In this document: one piece after another, positions 24,401 to 31,837 of the stretch
Layout: each line of letters begins with the position of its first letter
Numbering within the stretch: the first letter of the stretch is position 1
Source of the DNA: a virus
Strand: one strand, 5' to 3'
IMG/VR virus record: IMGVR_UViG_3300045988_067384
Coordinates: 1 to 35,709 of that record
Length of the DNA: 35,709 nt
Notes under the pieces: model-generated
The model's input: only the letters and a program-made list of their open reading frames with translations
Told to the model about the DNA's origin: nothing
Databases searched by the model: none
Translations under genes and position numbers: made by a program

Positions 24401-25198
24401 AATTTCATCACTGCGGAAGAAGGTAACAAGCGTACCCTTGAGCAGCAGGTTAAGGATATGCAGGAAAATTACGACAACTTGAAACAGGCTGTTGAAAATG
24501 GTGCACCCGGAGTCACACAGGAAATGGTGGACGCTGCATACAACATGGTTAATGCTGCCACATCCGAGCTCAATAAATTTGAGAGCAAAGCCGAGAAAGA
24601 AGGTAGAGATGGCGGTAAGGCAGTTGCAAAGGGAGTGGAGTCACAGAAACAGGCTGTAAAGAGTGCTGCTAATGAGGTCGGTGAGAAAGGCAAGGAAGGA
24701 TTAGAGTCGGTAGACACCACAAACAGTGGTAAGAACTTCACCCAGGGTTTCATTGATGGAATGAATGATGACACTATGCTTGGTAAGCTGAGCAGGCATG
24801 TATCAGGCCTTGGAAAAAAGATACTTAGTTGGTTTAACTCCTCTCTTGGAGAGCACTCTCCATCTAAGCTCACTAACACAAGTGGTAAGTTCTTCTTAGC
24901 AGGTTTTGGCAACGGACTTGATGAGAACATAGGCAAGCTTGGTGAAAAGGTCAAGAAGATGGGAAGCAGCCTTGTTGATAACTTCAACTCAGGGCTTGAT
25001 GTGCCGAATACTCAGTTGGTTAAAAACGGACTTAGGGCTTCTTACTATCCGGCAGTAGCTTCAGCTGGCCAGACAACACAGATCACAAATAACTATAGCT
25101 TCAATCAGACCAACAACAGCCCTAAGGCATTGAATAGATTGGAGATATATAGACAGACGAGGAACCAGTTCAACTATGCCACAGGAGGTACGGTCTGA
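21494..25198 (+). CDS. Tape measure protein
   Basis: 1234 aa with a GTG start after GGAAGGAGG. It has long coiled-coil regions and a central hydrophobic segment, and sits in the canonical position. Confidence 0.95.
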   Translation: MGKENETTTKYKVDISELVKGMQTARRQISLANAEFKKQTAGLDDWASSADGVSAKLTQLDKVLGGQKKVLANLKEQYELTAEQMGEDSREAVNLKIKIENQEAAIIKTEKQIAQYTDSLADIQAQSGKSESAMDKLSNTIGKQEGKLAELKKAYSNAVLEYGKNSKEAKVLADEIDDLSSNIATSKKKMDEASKAADDLDHSLDESADGAKNAGDGFTIMKGAISVLIADGLKALASSVKDTMKELVEETDSASSNFQAKTGATNEAMEEYRDIMNEIYKNNYGESLEDVAEAMAEVKQQTGEVDPSKLKELTEDAIALRDTFGWDIKESMRAVNMLMTQFGISGKEAYNLIVQGAQKGLDKNGDFLDTLNEYSVHYKQLGYSAEGFINSLVNGAESGTFSVDKLGDAMKEFGIRTKDTATSTTEGFSLLGYGVRATTEEIEAQKDKVAELEKKLSYATQEQSEFNAKTSELKKQKMADTIADYSKEIENAKTKLAEMEESTSGNVKTAEDLRAEFAAGGESAQKATQEVLKKLMEMDDQVAQNQAGVDLFGTMWEDLGIEGVKALVNTQGEIKKTTQSMEELKKVKYDNIKDKMTQIGRTIKMDLFVPLAQKYVPKAEKFANFCINNINTVDKMLKATGATIATVFVVNKVATFVKSVDTMVTTFKSLKTAVEGAATAQKVLNAVQMASPAGIAALAVGGLVTALVLLSDTSDPVREKWAELTDEEKKNKEAVDQLSESYRTTKEAVEASVADAQSQFGYYQELANELDGIVDANGRVKKGYEERASFIVNTLNDALDTEISMTGDVIDNYDKQKQALLELISSKKAQIILQANEEMYTQAISDQTEAFNTLSSAQKDLTDVTDELTKTQDEYNKMKNQTVDQWAAENNLLDEAIDLRGAYETTLESYGSKIDGLTEKQQTLNSEVEAAEDTWIGYNTTIKNYEGLSSAIISGDTQKINDSLNLMVNNFITAEEGNKRTLEQQVKDMQENYDNLKQAVENGAPGVTQEMVDAAYNMVNAATSELNKFESKAEKEGRDGGKAVAKGVESQKQAVKSAANEVGEKGKEGLESVDTTNSGKNFTQGFIDGMNDDTMLGKLSRHVSGLGKKILSWFNSSLGEHSPSKLTNTSGKFFLAGFGNGLDENIGKLGEKVKKMGSSLVDNFNSGLDVPNTQLVKNGLRASYYPAVASAGQTTQITNNYSFNQTNNSPKALNRLEIYRQTRNQFNYATGGTV

Positions 25199-25776
25199 TG
25201 TATGAGATAACTATAGAAAATAGATACGGCGAAAAGCTCTGCCTGACTGATACGTTAGACTATATCACCAAGGCAACCGGGTTGGGACCTGTGAACAGCA
25301 ACATAGTGACTACCACTGTGGCTAATTATGGTGGAGAGCAGTATGTAAGCTCGAGGAAGCAGAAAAGAAACATAGTGCTTACTATATATGTCAGAAATCA
25401 GGTGGAAGAGAACCGGATTAAGCTATATAGATACATAAGGAGTCATGATTGGATTAGAGTTTACTACAAAAATGGAACCAGGGATGTATATATTGATGGC
25501 TATGTAGAGAGTGCTGAGGTGGATCTGTTCACCCAGACACAGACAATGCAGGTAAGTATCATCTGCCCACAGCCTAATTTTATCGACATTCACGGAAATA
25601 ATGTTGATAACAACAATGTGGCAAAAGGCTTCTACATGCCATGGTATACGCTTCTTACCACCAATCTGGTAAGAGGCGGAGCTGACCTGATATGTTCGGA
25701 TAATGTATTACTGCCGAGGGATGAAAGGCTTTTCGTTCTTGGCAGTGGACGTCTGGACAATTCAACACTTGGATAG
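25198..25776 (+). CDS. Distal tail protein (Dit), N-terminal part
   Basis: Shows MYEITIENRYGEKLCLTD...GLGPV...RNIVLTIYV...IDGYVESAEVDLFTQTQTMQVSIICPQPNF, as in the N-domain of siphovirus tail-component proteins. It lacks the usual C-terminal domain. Confidence 0.65.
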   Translation: MYEITIENRYGEKLCLTDTLDYITKATGLGPVNSNIVTTTVANYGGEQYVSSRKQKRNIVLTIYVRNQVEENRIKLYRYIRSHDWIRVYYKNGTRDVYIDGYVESAEVDLFTQTQTMQVSIICPQPNFIDIHGNNVDNNNVAKGFYMPWYTLLTTNLVRGGADLICSDNVLLPRDERLFVLGSGRLDNSTLG

Positions 25777-25786
25777 GAGGGATGAT

Positions 25787-25993
25787 ATGGAATATGTAAG
25801 GCAGGATTTCAAAGCCGGTGATGTGCTCAGTGCGGAACAGCTTAATCACATAGAGGATGGACTTGTGGAGTTGGTTGACGCTGTTAATAACTTCTCAGGA
25901 AGTAGTAAGGGAGCGTTGACCGCACAAAGCGCGGCAACAACAAACATAAACAATAATGGATTTACAACGGAGGTTACAAATAATGTTGGTTAA
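25787..25993 (+). CDS. Hypothetical small tail-region protein
   Basis: GGAGGGATGAT SD. Shows MEYVRQDFKAGDVLSAEQLNHIEDGLVELV, an N-terminal motif I have seen on phage fibre-like proteins. Confidence 0.45.
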   Translation: MEYVRQDFKAGDVLSAEQLNHIEDGLVELVDAVNNFSGSSKGALTAQSAATTNINNNGFTTEVTNNVG

Positions 25994-26453
25994 AAATTTT
26001 AACAATTTGCTTGGGTATAGCCCATTTAATGTTTCATACAATGGTATGCCCGATTTAGAAAAAGCACAGACTCTTACAGGGAGTAGAGTGCTCATTGCAA
26101 GCAATTACTGGACGCAAGGATTAAGCACATGGAGAGGTGACAGTTCACAATCTGACGGTGTTGCACTTGTATTAAGCACATCCAAAGCCAATGAAAGTAT
26201 TGATAATTATGAATTTAACGATATTTTTTCAGATTATTCAATAACAAATAATAGCAGAGGAGTTGCTAATCATAGCGTAGCCTGTGTATATTCAAGATCC
26301 ATTACTCCAATTTCACCTGCAACGATAAACAGCGTTGGGCTTGTGTGTTGTAATGACGCAGACAGAGTTCTTATTGGTTTTGAAAATTTAGCTGAACCTA
26401 TACAGCTTACCGCCGGAGAGCCGCACACGTTCACATTCGCTATCAAAGTTTAA
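25983..26453 (+). CDS. Hypothetical tail-region protein (beta-rich, Asn/Ser-rich)
   Basis: Start at ATG 25983 (GGAGGTTACAAATA). By eye the region looks more AT-rich than its neighbours. No motif recognised. Confidence 0.45.
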   Translation: MLVKNFNNLLGYSPFNVSYNGMPDLEKAQTLTGSRVLIASNYWTQGLSTWRGDSSQSDGVALVLSTSKANESIDNYEFNDIFSDYSITNNSRGVANHSVACVYSRSITPISPATINSVGLVCCNDADRVLIGFENLAEPIQLTAGEPHTFTFAIKV

Positions 26454-26474
26454 CTCACAGAGAGAGGTGATACA

Positions 26475-27236
26475 GTGAATACAATGAAATCATGTCAGGA
26501 TATATGCCCCAATGGTGCCGTTGACACAATGTGCAGGGTTGTTGTTGACACCCTGCCGTGCACGCTTGAACTAGGCGGCAGTATACCATGTCCCGGAACA
26601 TATGCAGTACAGCTCTGGATAAGATCGGAGGCGGCAGCAGGAATAAACGTCTATGTTGATACACCTCAGGGCGTGTATGGCACGTCAAAGGGTTGGAGTA
26701 AGTATATTAAGGTGCTTACTGCTAGTGAGACAGGAGCTGTACATATTGATTTCTTGAAAAAAGGGATATATCACATATATCATGCCAAGGTGGAAGCAGG
26801 CGAAAATATATCAGCTTGGACATCTTACGATGATGAAGAGGTGCTCAGTAAACCGGTGGTATTCGGCACTGTAAAGGATGATATGAGTGCGAAGATTAAT
26901 GTTACTGCTGATGACACCATAGGGATGATATACGAAATCCACTGTAAAGGCACGGTGATCAACCCTGTGATATACCACATAGAAGCCAACCAGTCTTTCC
27001 GGCTCAATGGGTCTTATCATCTTGATGACGTTATCACTATTGATACACGGAATGGCAAGAAGTCCGTATATAAGAACTATAGAGGCACTGTCACTAACCT
27101 TATTAACAAGATGGACAGGACGTCCAAATGGCTGCAGCTCCAACCTGGATCTAATACTCTGATACAGACTGCGGATACAGGAGCAGAATATATGGACTCT
27201 ATCGTCACATACACAAATGAATACGAGGGGGTATAG
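26475..27236 (+). CDS. Carbohydrate-binding-module-like domain fused to the Dit C-terminal domain
   Basis: The C-terminal half reads INPVIYHIEANQSFRLNG...DDVITIDTRNGKKSV...SKWLQLQPGSNTL...IVTYTNEYEGV*, the usual C-terminus of siphovirus tail-component proteins. The N-terminal ~125 aa has YAVQLWIRS...HAKVEAGENISAW, which is CBM-like. Confidence 0.65.
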   Translation: MNTMKSCQDICPNGAVDTMCRVVVDTLPCTLELGGSIPCPGTYAVQLWIRSEAAAGINVYVDTPQGVYGTSKGWSKYIKVLTASETGAVHIDFLKKGIYHIYHAKVEAGENISAWTSYDDEEVLSKPVVFGTVKDDMSAKINVTADDTIGMIYEIHCKGTVINPVIYHIEANQSFRLNGSYHLDDVITIDTRNGKKSVYKNYRGTVTNLINKMDRTSKWLQLQPGSNTLIQTADTGAEYMDSIVTYTNEYEGV

Positions 27237-27238
27237 GC

Positions 27239-28303
27239 ATGGATATATTGGTGTTAAACTCCAAATTCGATATACTGGACACCATTGACGAATATGAAAG
27301 CTGCATATGGAACATCAAATATATCGAAGCCGGTGACTGTGAACTGTACCTAGAGGCAAATGATAAACACACAAGATTATTGGCTCCCAACAACTGCCTG
27401 GTAAGAGACAAAGACATGACCGCTAATGGCATGAAGAATGTGATGATAATAGAAACAGTCAATATAAAAACGGACATAGTAAACGGAGATCACCTGCTTG
27501 TGAAAGGGCATGACTTAAAGAGCATTGCCGGGCGAAGGATCATATGGCAGCAGACTAATCTTGATGGACTTCTTGAGGTTGAGGTTCGCCGCCTGCTAAA
27601 TGAGAACCTTATCAATCCAAGCAATCCGGCAAGAAGAATACCTGGTATCATATTAGCTGAACTGAAAGGATATAAAGAAGTGATAAGGCAGCAGGTGACA
27701 GGTACCAACCTTCTGAAATACATGGTTGACCTGTTCAAGTCATTTGGCATAGGCTGGGATATATATGTTAATTCAGACGGCGAGATGGTGATATACATGT
27801 ATAAGGGAATAGATAGATCCATTGAGCAGGATACATACCCACATGTTGAGTTCAGTCCTGCGAACGAAAATCTTCTTAATAGCGATTATGCCCTGAGCTA
27901 TGAAAAATACAAGAATGTAGCCCTTGTGGCAGGTGAGGGCGAGGGAAAGAACAGAAAATGTGCCAGTGTTGGTACTGCTGCAGGACTTAACAGATATGAG
28001 CTGTATGTTGATCAGAGAGACGCCAGTACTAATAATGGTGAGATCTCGGAAAGTGAATATATGGAGATCCTTAAGGAAAATGGTGTTGAAAAGCTTGCAG
28101 CATATACCCCGGCTGAAAAGCTTGACGGAGAGATTGAGCCGTATGGCATGTATGTGTATGGGAGGGATTATACCCTTGGCGATTATGTATCAGTGATTGG
28201 ACCATATGGAGCGACCACCAAGTCACAGGTTTTAAGCGTGATTGAAAGCTACAGTGACGAAGGGGCGAGTGTAATTCCAACATTTGAAGCAAGAGCATTA
28301 TAA
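27239..28303 (+). CDS. Baseplate/tail-tip protein, siphovirus Gp37-like
   Basis: N-terminus is MDILVLNSKFDILDTIDEYESCIWNIKYIEAGDCELYL, as in the ReqiPepy6 Gp37-like family. It sits downstream of Dit. Confidence 0.65.
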   Translation: MDILVLNSKFDILDTIDEYESCIWNIKYIEAGDCELYLEANDKHTRLLAPNNCLVRDKDMTANGMKNVMIIETVNIKTDIVNGDHLLVKGHDLKSIAGRRIIWQQTNLDGLLEVEVRRLLNENLINPSNPARRIPGIILAELKGYKEVIRQQVTGTNLLKYMVDLFKSFGIGWDIYVNSDGEMVIYMYKGIDRSIEQDTYPHVEFSPANENLLNSDYALSYEKYKNVALVAGEGEGKNRKCASVGTAAGLNRYELYVDQRDASTNNGEISESEYMEILKENGVEKLAAYTPAEKLDGEIEPYGMYVYGRDYTLGDYVSVIGPYGATTKSQVLSVIESYSDEGASVIPTFEARAL

Positions 28304-28329
28304 ATAAGGAAGAAAGAGAGGCTTATTGA

Positions 28330-29058
28330 ATGGCTGAAAAAAGTGGATTTTTTGACGCAAAAATGACGTCAGGAGAGCCGGATAGAATATATTCGGCGGA
28401 CGATATCAATAACATATTTGCCGGGCTGCTGTCTGATGGAGTATTCCGGTACTATAAGAACGCATTGCTTGTGTCACCGGCAGCAGGGCTAAGCGTAAAT
28501 GTAGATACAGGAAAGGCGATTGTAAATAATCACTGGTACCTTAACACCACCATCAAGACCTTAGAGCTGAGCACAGCTCACGCTACAATGCCGAGGTACT
28601 CAAGCGTGGTCATAAGGTATGCAAGGGCGGATAGATCAGTGGCATTGGCTGTGATTGACGGAGATCCTGCAAACACTCCAAACGTACCGGAGCTTATGCA
28701 GACCAATGACATATACGAGATCAGATTGGCGGATATCCTTGTGGAAGCCGGAGCAATGTCTATAACTGACCAAGTGACGGACAGAAGAAGCTACTGCGGT
28801 GGCATTGTTGACAGCCCTGAGGTGGACTATAGGCGGTATGAATATATCGTATCTAATGCAGCCGGAGAGACCACTATTGAGTTTCCTGGAAGCTATAAGC
28901 TTACCATCAACTCTAATCTTAAGGTATACTGCAACGGCCTTTTGTGCAATAGCTCAGAATACACGCTATCGCCTAATGAAAGCACCGGTAACTATATGGT
29001 GGTATTTAATTCAACCAAGTATAAAGGGGCGGAACTGGTGTTTGTGATTATAGATTAA
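28330..29058 (+). CDS. Putative tail fibre / receptor-binding protein
   Basis: The N-terminal motif SGFFDA...DRIYSADDINNIFAGLLSDGVF...LLVSPAAGLSVNVDTGKAIVNNHWY is common in Firmicute prophage fibre proteins. It is the last gene of the late operon. Confidence 0.55.
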   Translation: MAEKSGFFDAKMTSGEPDRIYSADDINNIFAGLLSDGVFRYYKNALLVSPAAGLSVNVDTGKAIVNNHWYLNTTIKTLELSTAHATMPRYSSVVIRYARADRSVALAVIDGDPANTPNVPELMQTNDIYEIRLADILVEAGAMSITDQVTDRRSYCGGIVDSPEVDYRRYEYIVSNAAGETTIEFPGSYKLTINSNLKVYCNGLLCNSSEYTLSPNESTGNYMVVFNSTKYKGAELVFVIID

Positions 29059-29079
29059 TAGAAATATATAAGATATCTA

Positions 29080-29111
29080 AGAGCTTGTCATTAATGGCAG
29101 GCTCTTTTTTT
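29080..29111 (+). terminator. Rho-independent terminator ending the late operon
   Basis: 11-bp stem agagcttgtca / tggcaggctct (two G-U pairs), loop ttaa, then a T-run. Confidence 0.75.
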
Positions 29112-29141
29112 AAAAAAAACACTAAAAAATACAAAAAAGCA

Positions 29142-29170
29142 TTGACAATGCACCTTATAAGGTGTATTAT
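29142..29170 (+). promoter_or_regulatory. Promoter P1 with a palindromic operator in the spacer
   Basis: TTGACA (29142-29147), 17-nt spacer, TATTAT (29165-29170). The spacer carries the perfect 14-bp palindrome CACCTTATAAGGTG (29151-29164). Confidence 0.7.
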
Positions 29171-29205
29171 AATACTTGTAAGGAAGAGAAAGCGAGGTAA
29201 TAGAA

Positions 29206-29349
29206 ATGACAGTAGCAGAGAAGAGAGCAAAGAAAGCATATAAAGAGGATTTAATCAAGCAGGGGATAGATAAAGGACTGGCCGAAATAATGGCTAAGAC
29301 ATTCACAGAATACCAAATAGTTAGACCAGTAGTAAATGGTAACTGTTAA
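29206..29349 (+). CDS. Small protein (47 aa), first gene behind P1
   Basis: GAGGT SD 7 nt upstream. Product is MTVAEKRAKKAYKEDLIKQGIDKGLAEIMAKTFTEYQIVRPVVNGNC. It is below the ORF-track size cut-off. Confidence 0.5.
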   Translation: MTVAEKRAKKAYKEDLIKQGIDKGLAEIMAKTFTEYQIVRPVVNGNC

Positions 29350-29397
29350 TAACATACAACCGAGCTGGGGCGGTTGCTGGCAGAAAGAGGTAATATA

Positions 29398-29598
29398 ATG
29401 ATAATTTATAAAGATATTTTGCAAAAACTTAAGGATGCAGGGTACAACACCACACGCTTAAGACGTGAGAAGTTACTTCCACAAAGCACAATTACAAGAC
29501 TTAGGAACAATGATCCCATAACCACTGAAACCCTTGGGGTGATTTGCCATTTGACAGGCTTACCAGTAGAAGATCTTATTGAGTATCAAGAAAAATAA
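29398..29598 (+). CDS. Small XRE/Cro-C1-type HTH regulator
   Basis: Product is MIIYKDILQKLKDAGYNTTRLRREKLLPQSTITRLRNNDPITTETLGVICHLTGLPVEDLIEYQEK. AAGAGGT SD 6 nt before ATG 29398. Confidence 0.75.
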   Translation: MIIYKDILQKLKDAGYNTTRLRREKLLPQSTITRLRNNDPITTETLGVICHLTGLPVEDLIEYQEK

Positions 29599-29622
29599 AT
29601 TTTAAAAATATGGATAAAATGC

Positions 29623-29651
29623 TTGACAATGCACCTTATAAGGTGTATTAT
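29623..29651 (+). promoter_or_regulatory. Promoter P2, exact duplicate of P1 and its operator
   Basis: The 42-nt exact repeat ttgacaatgcaccttataaggtgtattataatacttgtaagg occurs at 29142-29183 and 29623-29664. Confidence 0.7.
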
Positions 29652-29700
29652 AATACTTGTAAGGGGAACTTACTAAAAGGCAAGAGAAAGGAGAAAAAGA

Positions 29701-29838
29701 ATGGACGATATGAATGTAGGAGAGTTACTTAAAGAGGTTGCAGAAGAGAATCAGACAAGAAAGATTCTTGAGATCCTTGAGGGATGCAAAGATTTAGCAG
29801 AAGCCAAGGATAAAGTAAAAGCCTTACTTGATAAGTAA
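29701..29838 (+). CDS. Small acidic helical protein (45 aa), first gene behind P2
   Basis: AAAGGAGAAAAAGA SD. Product is MDDMNVGELLKEVAEENQTRKILEILEGCKDLAEAKDKVKALLDK. Confidence 0.5.
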   Translation: MDDMNVGELLKEVAEENQTRKILEILEGCKDLAEAKDKVKALLDK

Positions 29839-29952
29839 GGCTCAGGGGTAAAAGAAAGAGGGTTGAGGACTTGCCACCAACACCCTCAATCTTTTAAAAG
29901 ATGATATCAGAATATTATGGCAAGGTCAATATAAAAGTGAGGTAAAAAAGAT

Positions 29953-30168
29953 ATGAAGTATATTGTAATTGATGAACTTAAGAATGACATGTTCACAAAT
30001 GAATATGAGACAAAGGAAAAGGCTGTCAAGGCAGCAGGTCAGGAATGGGGCAGACTTACCGAGAGCGACAAGAAGCGTAGGGTTGCATTCTATGTATTAG
30101 AATCTGTCAATCCTGATGAAGATGCAGAAAATCACTTTGATGGTGATGTAGTGAAGTCATATAAGTAG
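29953..30168 (+). CDS. Hypothetical small acidic protein (71 aa)
   Basis: GTGAGGTAAAAAAG SD, and a strong terminator follows. No motif recognised. Confidence 0.5.
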   Translation: MKYIVIDELKNDMFTNEYETKEKAVKAAGQEWGRLTESDKKRRVAFYVLESVNPDEDAENHFDGDVVKSYK

Positions 30169-30260
30169 GTAGATACATTGAATACCATATGTGATTTAAC
30201 AAGACTTCTGGTAGAAGAACTTATAGAACACAGGAAGCAGTGATATTCAGGGAGATTACA

Positions 30261-30294
30261 CACCATCCGGAGCAATCCGGATGGTGCTTTTTTT
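30261..30294 (+). terminator. Rho-independent terminator
   Basis: 10-bp perfect stem caccatccgg / ccggatggtg, 6-nt loop, then c plus T7. Confidence 0.85.
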
Positions 30295-30333
30295 GCAATC
30301 TCACATATAAAAATTGCACAGTTATATTATTTC

Positions 30334-30357
30334 GGTGGGCACGAGGTGGGCAGAAAT
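30334..30357. repeat. 24-nt direct repeat, copy 1 (candidate integrase-binding / attP element)
   Basis: ggtgggcacgaggtgggcagaaat is identical to 30544-30567. Each copy contains GGTGGGCA twice. Confidence 0.8.
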
Positions 30358-30479
30358 ATGAACCTTATTGACTATATTCCGTACAATGCGTTACGGAAAA
30401 AAGCCTATTTTTAAGGCTTTTGGCATGATTTGATATAGAAATAAATCAATAATAATATTCCAGCTTTGGGCATTAGACA

Positions 30480-30527
30480 AAAACTCCGAAAACTCTGTAA
30501 AATCAAGGCTTTCGGAGTTTTCTTTTT
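30480..30527. terminator. Strong hairpin with flanking A/T runs (possible bidirectional terminator in the attP region)
   Basis: 12-bp perfect stem aaaactccgaaa / tttcggagtttt, 18-nt loop, followed by cttttt. Confidence 0.5.
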
Positions 30528-30543
30528 GGTTAAAAATTGCCTT

Positions 30544-30567
30544 GGTGGGCACGAGGTGGGCAGAAAT
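30544..30567. repeat. 24-nt direct repeat, copy 2, abutting the integrase stop codon
   Basis: Exact copy of 30334-30357. It ends 1 nt before the int stop codon (30568-30570 on the minus strand). Confidence 0.8.
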
Positions 30568-31686
30568 TTATAAAAAATTGATTTTGTCCATTTTTTTATT
30601 GTCGTTAATCACAACTTGCTCAGTAACATGGATGTAAATATCCTGTGTTATATCGCTGTGACTGTGCCCAAGTCTCCTGGCGATTTCGTCCGGAGTCATG
30701 CCGGCAGCAGCTAAAAGAGAAGCATGTGTGTGTCGGAGCTTGTGAGGTGTGATTCTGTGTCCAAGTACTGTCTCGGTTGCTTCTCTCAAATACTTTCCAT
30801 AGGCTGCATGGGACATGTAGGATCCTGTGTGGATGTCCGGCAGGAATAGATCACTTCTCAGCCCCTGCTCTAAAAGCTTTTCTTTACGCCATATGCGGCA
30901 CCGCCTGATCACGGTTTCAAGCTCCGGTTGTATATGAACGTCTCGTACTGAGTTATCTGTCTTGGGCGTTGTTATGATTTTATTGATAGTATCGTAAGTT
31001 TTAGTAACATGAATGACCTTGTTCTGCAGATCAACATCTGTATCTTCAAGGGCAATGAGCTCACCTGTACGAAGCCCGGTAAGTATTAGTATTTTTGTGG
31101 CGTAATACCAGTGCCAATGGTTCTTGCTTCTGATGTATTCAAGAAGTTTGGCTATTTCCGCAGGCTCAAGATATTTATCGGCGGTATCTGCCGGGACGAT
31201 ATCTTCAAACGGCTTCATTTTACGGATGAGTTGATAATTGTCATGATAATCATTTTGATATCCCCAGTTAATCATTGCCTTAAGCCTGGTAATGTAGGTA
31301 TTTAATGTGCTTATGGGCTTACCGGATTTAAGCAGCTTTTCATTGAGATACTGGGCAGTAATATTGTCTACAAGTGTATCATCTCCAAGTAATTTAATAA
31401 CCGAGGTCAAAATGATGTTGTTCCGTTTGGTTGTGGATTTTTTATAGAGTATTTCCTGATTTTGGATATAGATTTCCTGCAGGTCTCCAAGCGTGATTTT
31501 TGTGTTAATTTTTGTGCACTTAAGAGCCTCTTCAATTTTTGCATTTAAGAGCTTAATTGCCTTGTTTCTGTTCTGCGGAGTATCCTTAGGCATGATCACA
31601 GCGACCTTTTTAAGTTTTTCCGAGAGAGGGTCCATATACCTCTCACAATACTTGATTGTTCCGTTCTTTTTAATTTCTGTCCACAT
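30568..31686 (-). CDS. int: Tyrosine integrase (lysogeny integrase with N-terminal arm-type domain)
   Basis: Start taken at MWTEIKKNGTIKYCERYMDP (GGAGGAA SD). Catalytic residues: TGLRTGEL (Arg), HKLRHTHAS (HxxR), LGHS (His), DIYIHV (Tyr). Confidence 0.95.
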   Translation of the reverse strand: MWTEIKKNGTIKYCERYMDPLSEKLKKVAVIMPKDTPQNRNKAIKLLNAKIEEALKCTKINTKITLGDLQEIYIQNQEILYKKSTTKRNNIILTSVIKLLGDDTLVDNITAQYLNEKLLKSGKPISTLNTYITRLKAMINWGYQNDYHDNYQLIRKMKPFEDIVPADTADKYLEPAEIAKLLEYIRSKNHWHWYYATKILILTGLRTGELIALEDTDVDLQNKVIHVTKTYDTINKIITTPKTDNSVRDVHIQPELETVIRRCRIWRKEKLLEQGLRSDLFLPDIHTGSYMSHAAYGKYLREATETVLGHRITPHKLRHTHASLLAAAGMTPDEIARRLGHSHSDITQDIYIHVTEQVVINDNKKMDKINFL

Positions 31687-31837
31687 ATATATTCCTCCTG
31701 TATGAGATAGAAAAAATCCTATCAAAATCAGAAGGCTTGTGATATAATACACTCGTGTATGCGTTATATATAAGCCTTCTTAGGTTTGTAGGTAACACAC
31801 CCCCTCAGATGGGCCAACATCTGGGGGAATTTTTATT

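Noticed and set aside
21955-24987. Several 60-170-aa alternative-frame and antisense ORFs inside the tape measure gene (for example 22791-23198 plus strand, 24469-24987 minus strand)
   Set aside because: All are nested in a 1234-aa gene of obvious function. Their compositions (R/K/S/P-rich or S/L-rich) are what is expected from off-frame reading of a repetitive coiled-coil gene.
31730-31780. 9-bp inverted repeat AGAAGGCTT / AAGCCTTCT flanking a 33-nt AT-rich segment upstream of int
   Set aside because: It could be an int regulatory site or promoter element, but there is only one copy, the arms are short and there is no supporting context. The evidence is insufficient to call a feature.
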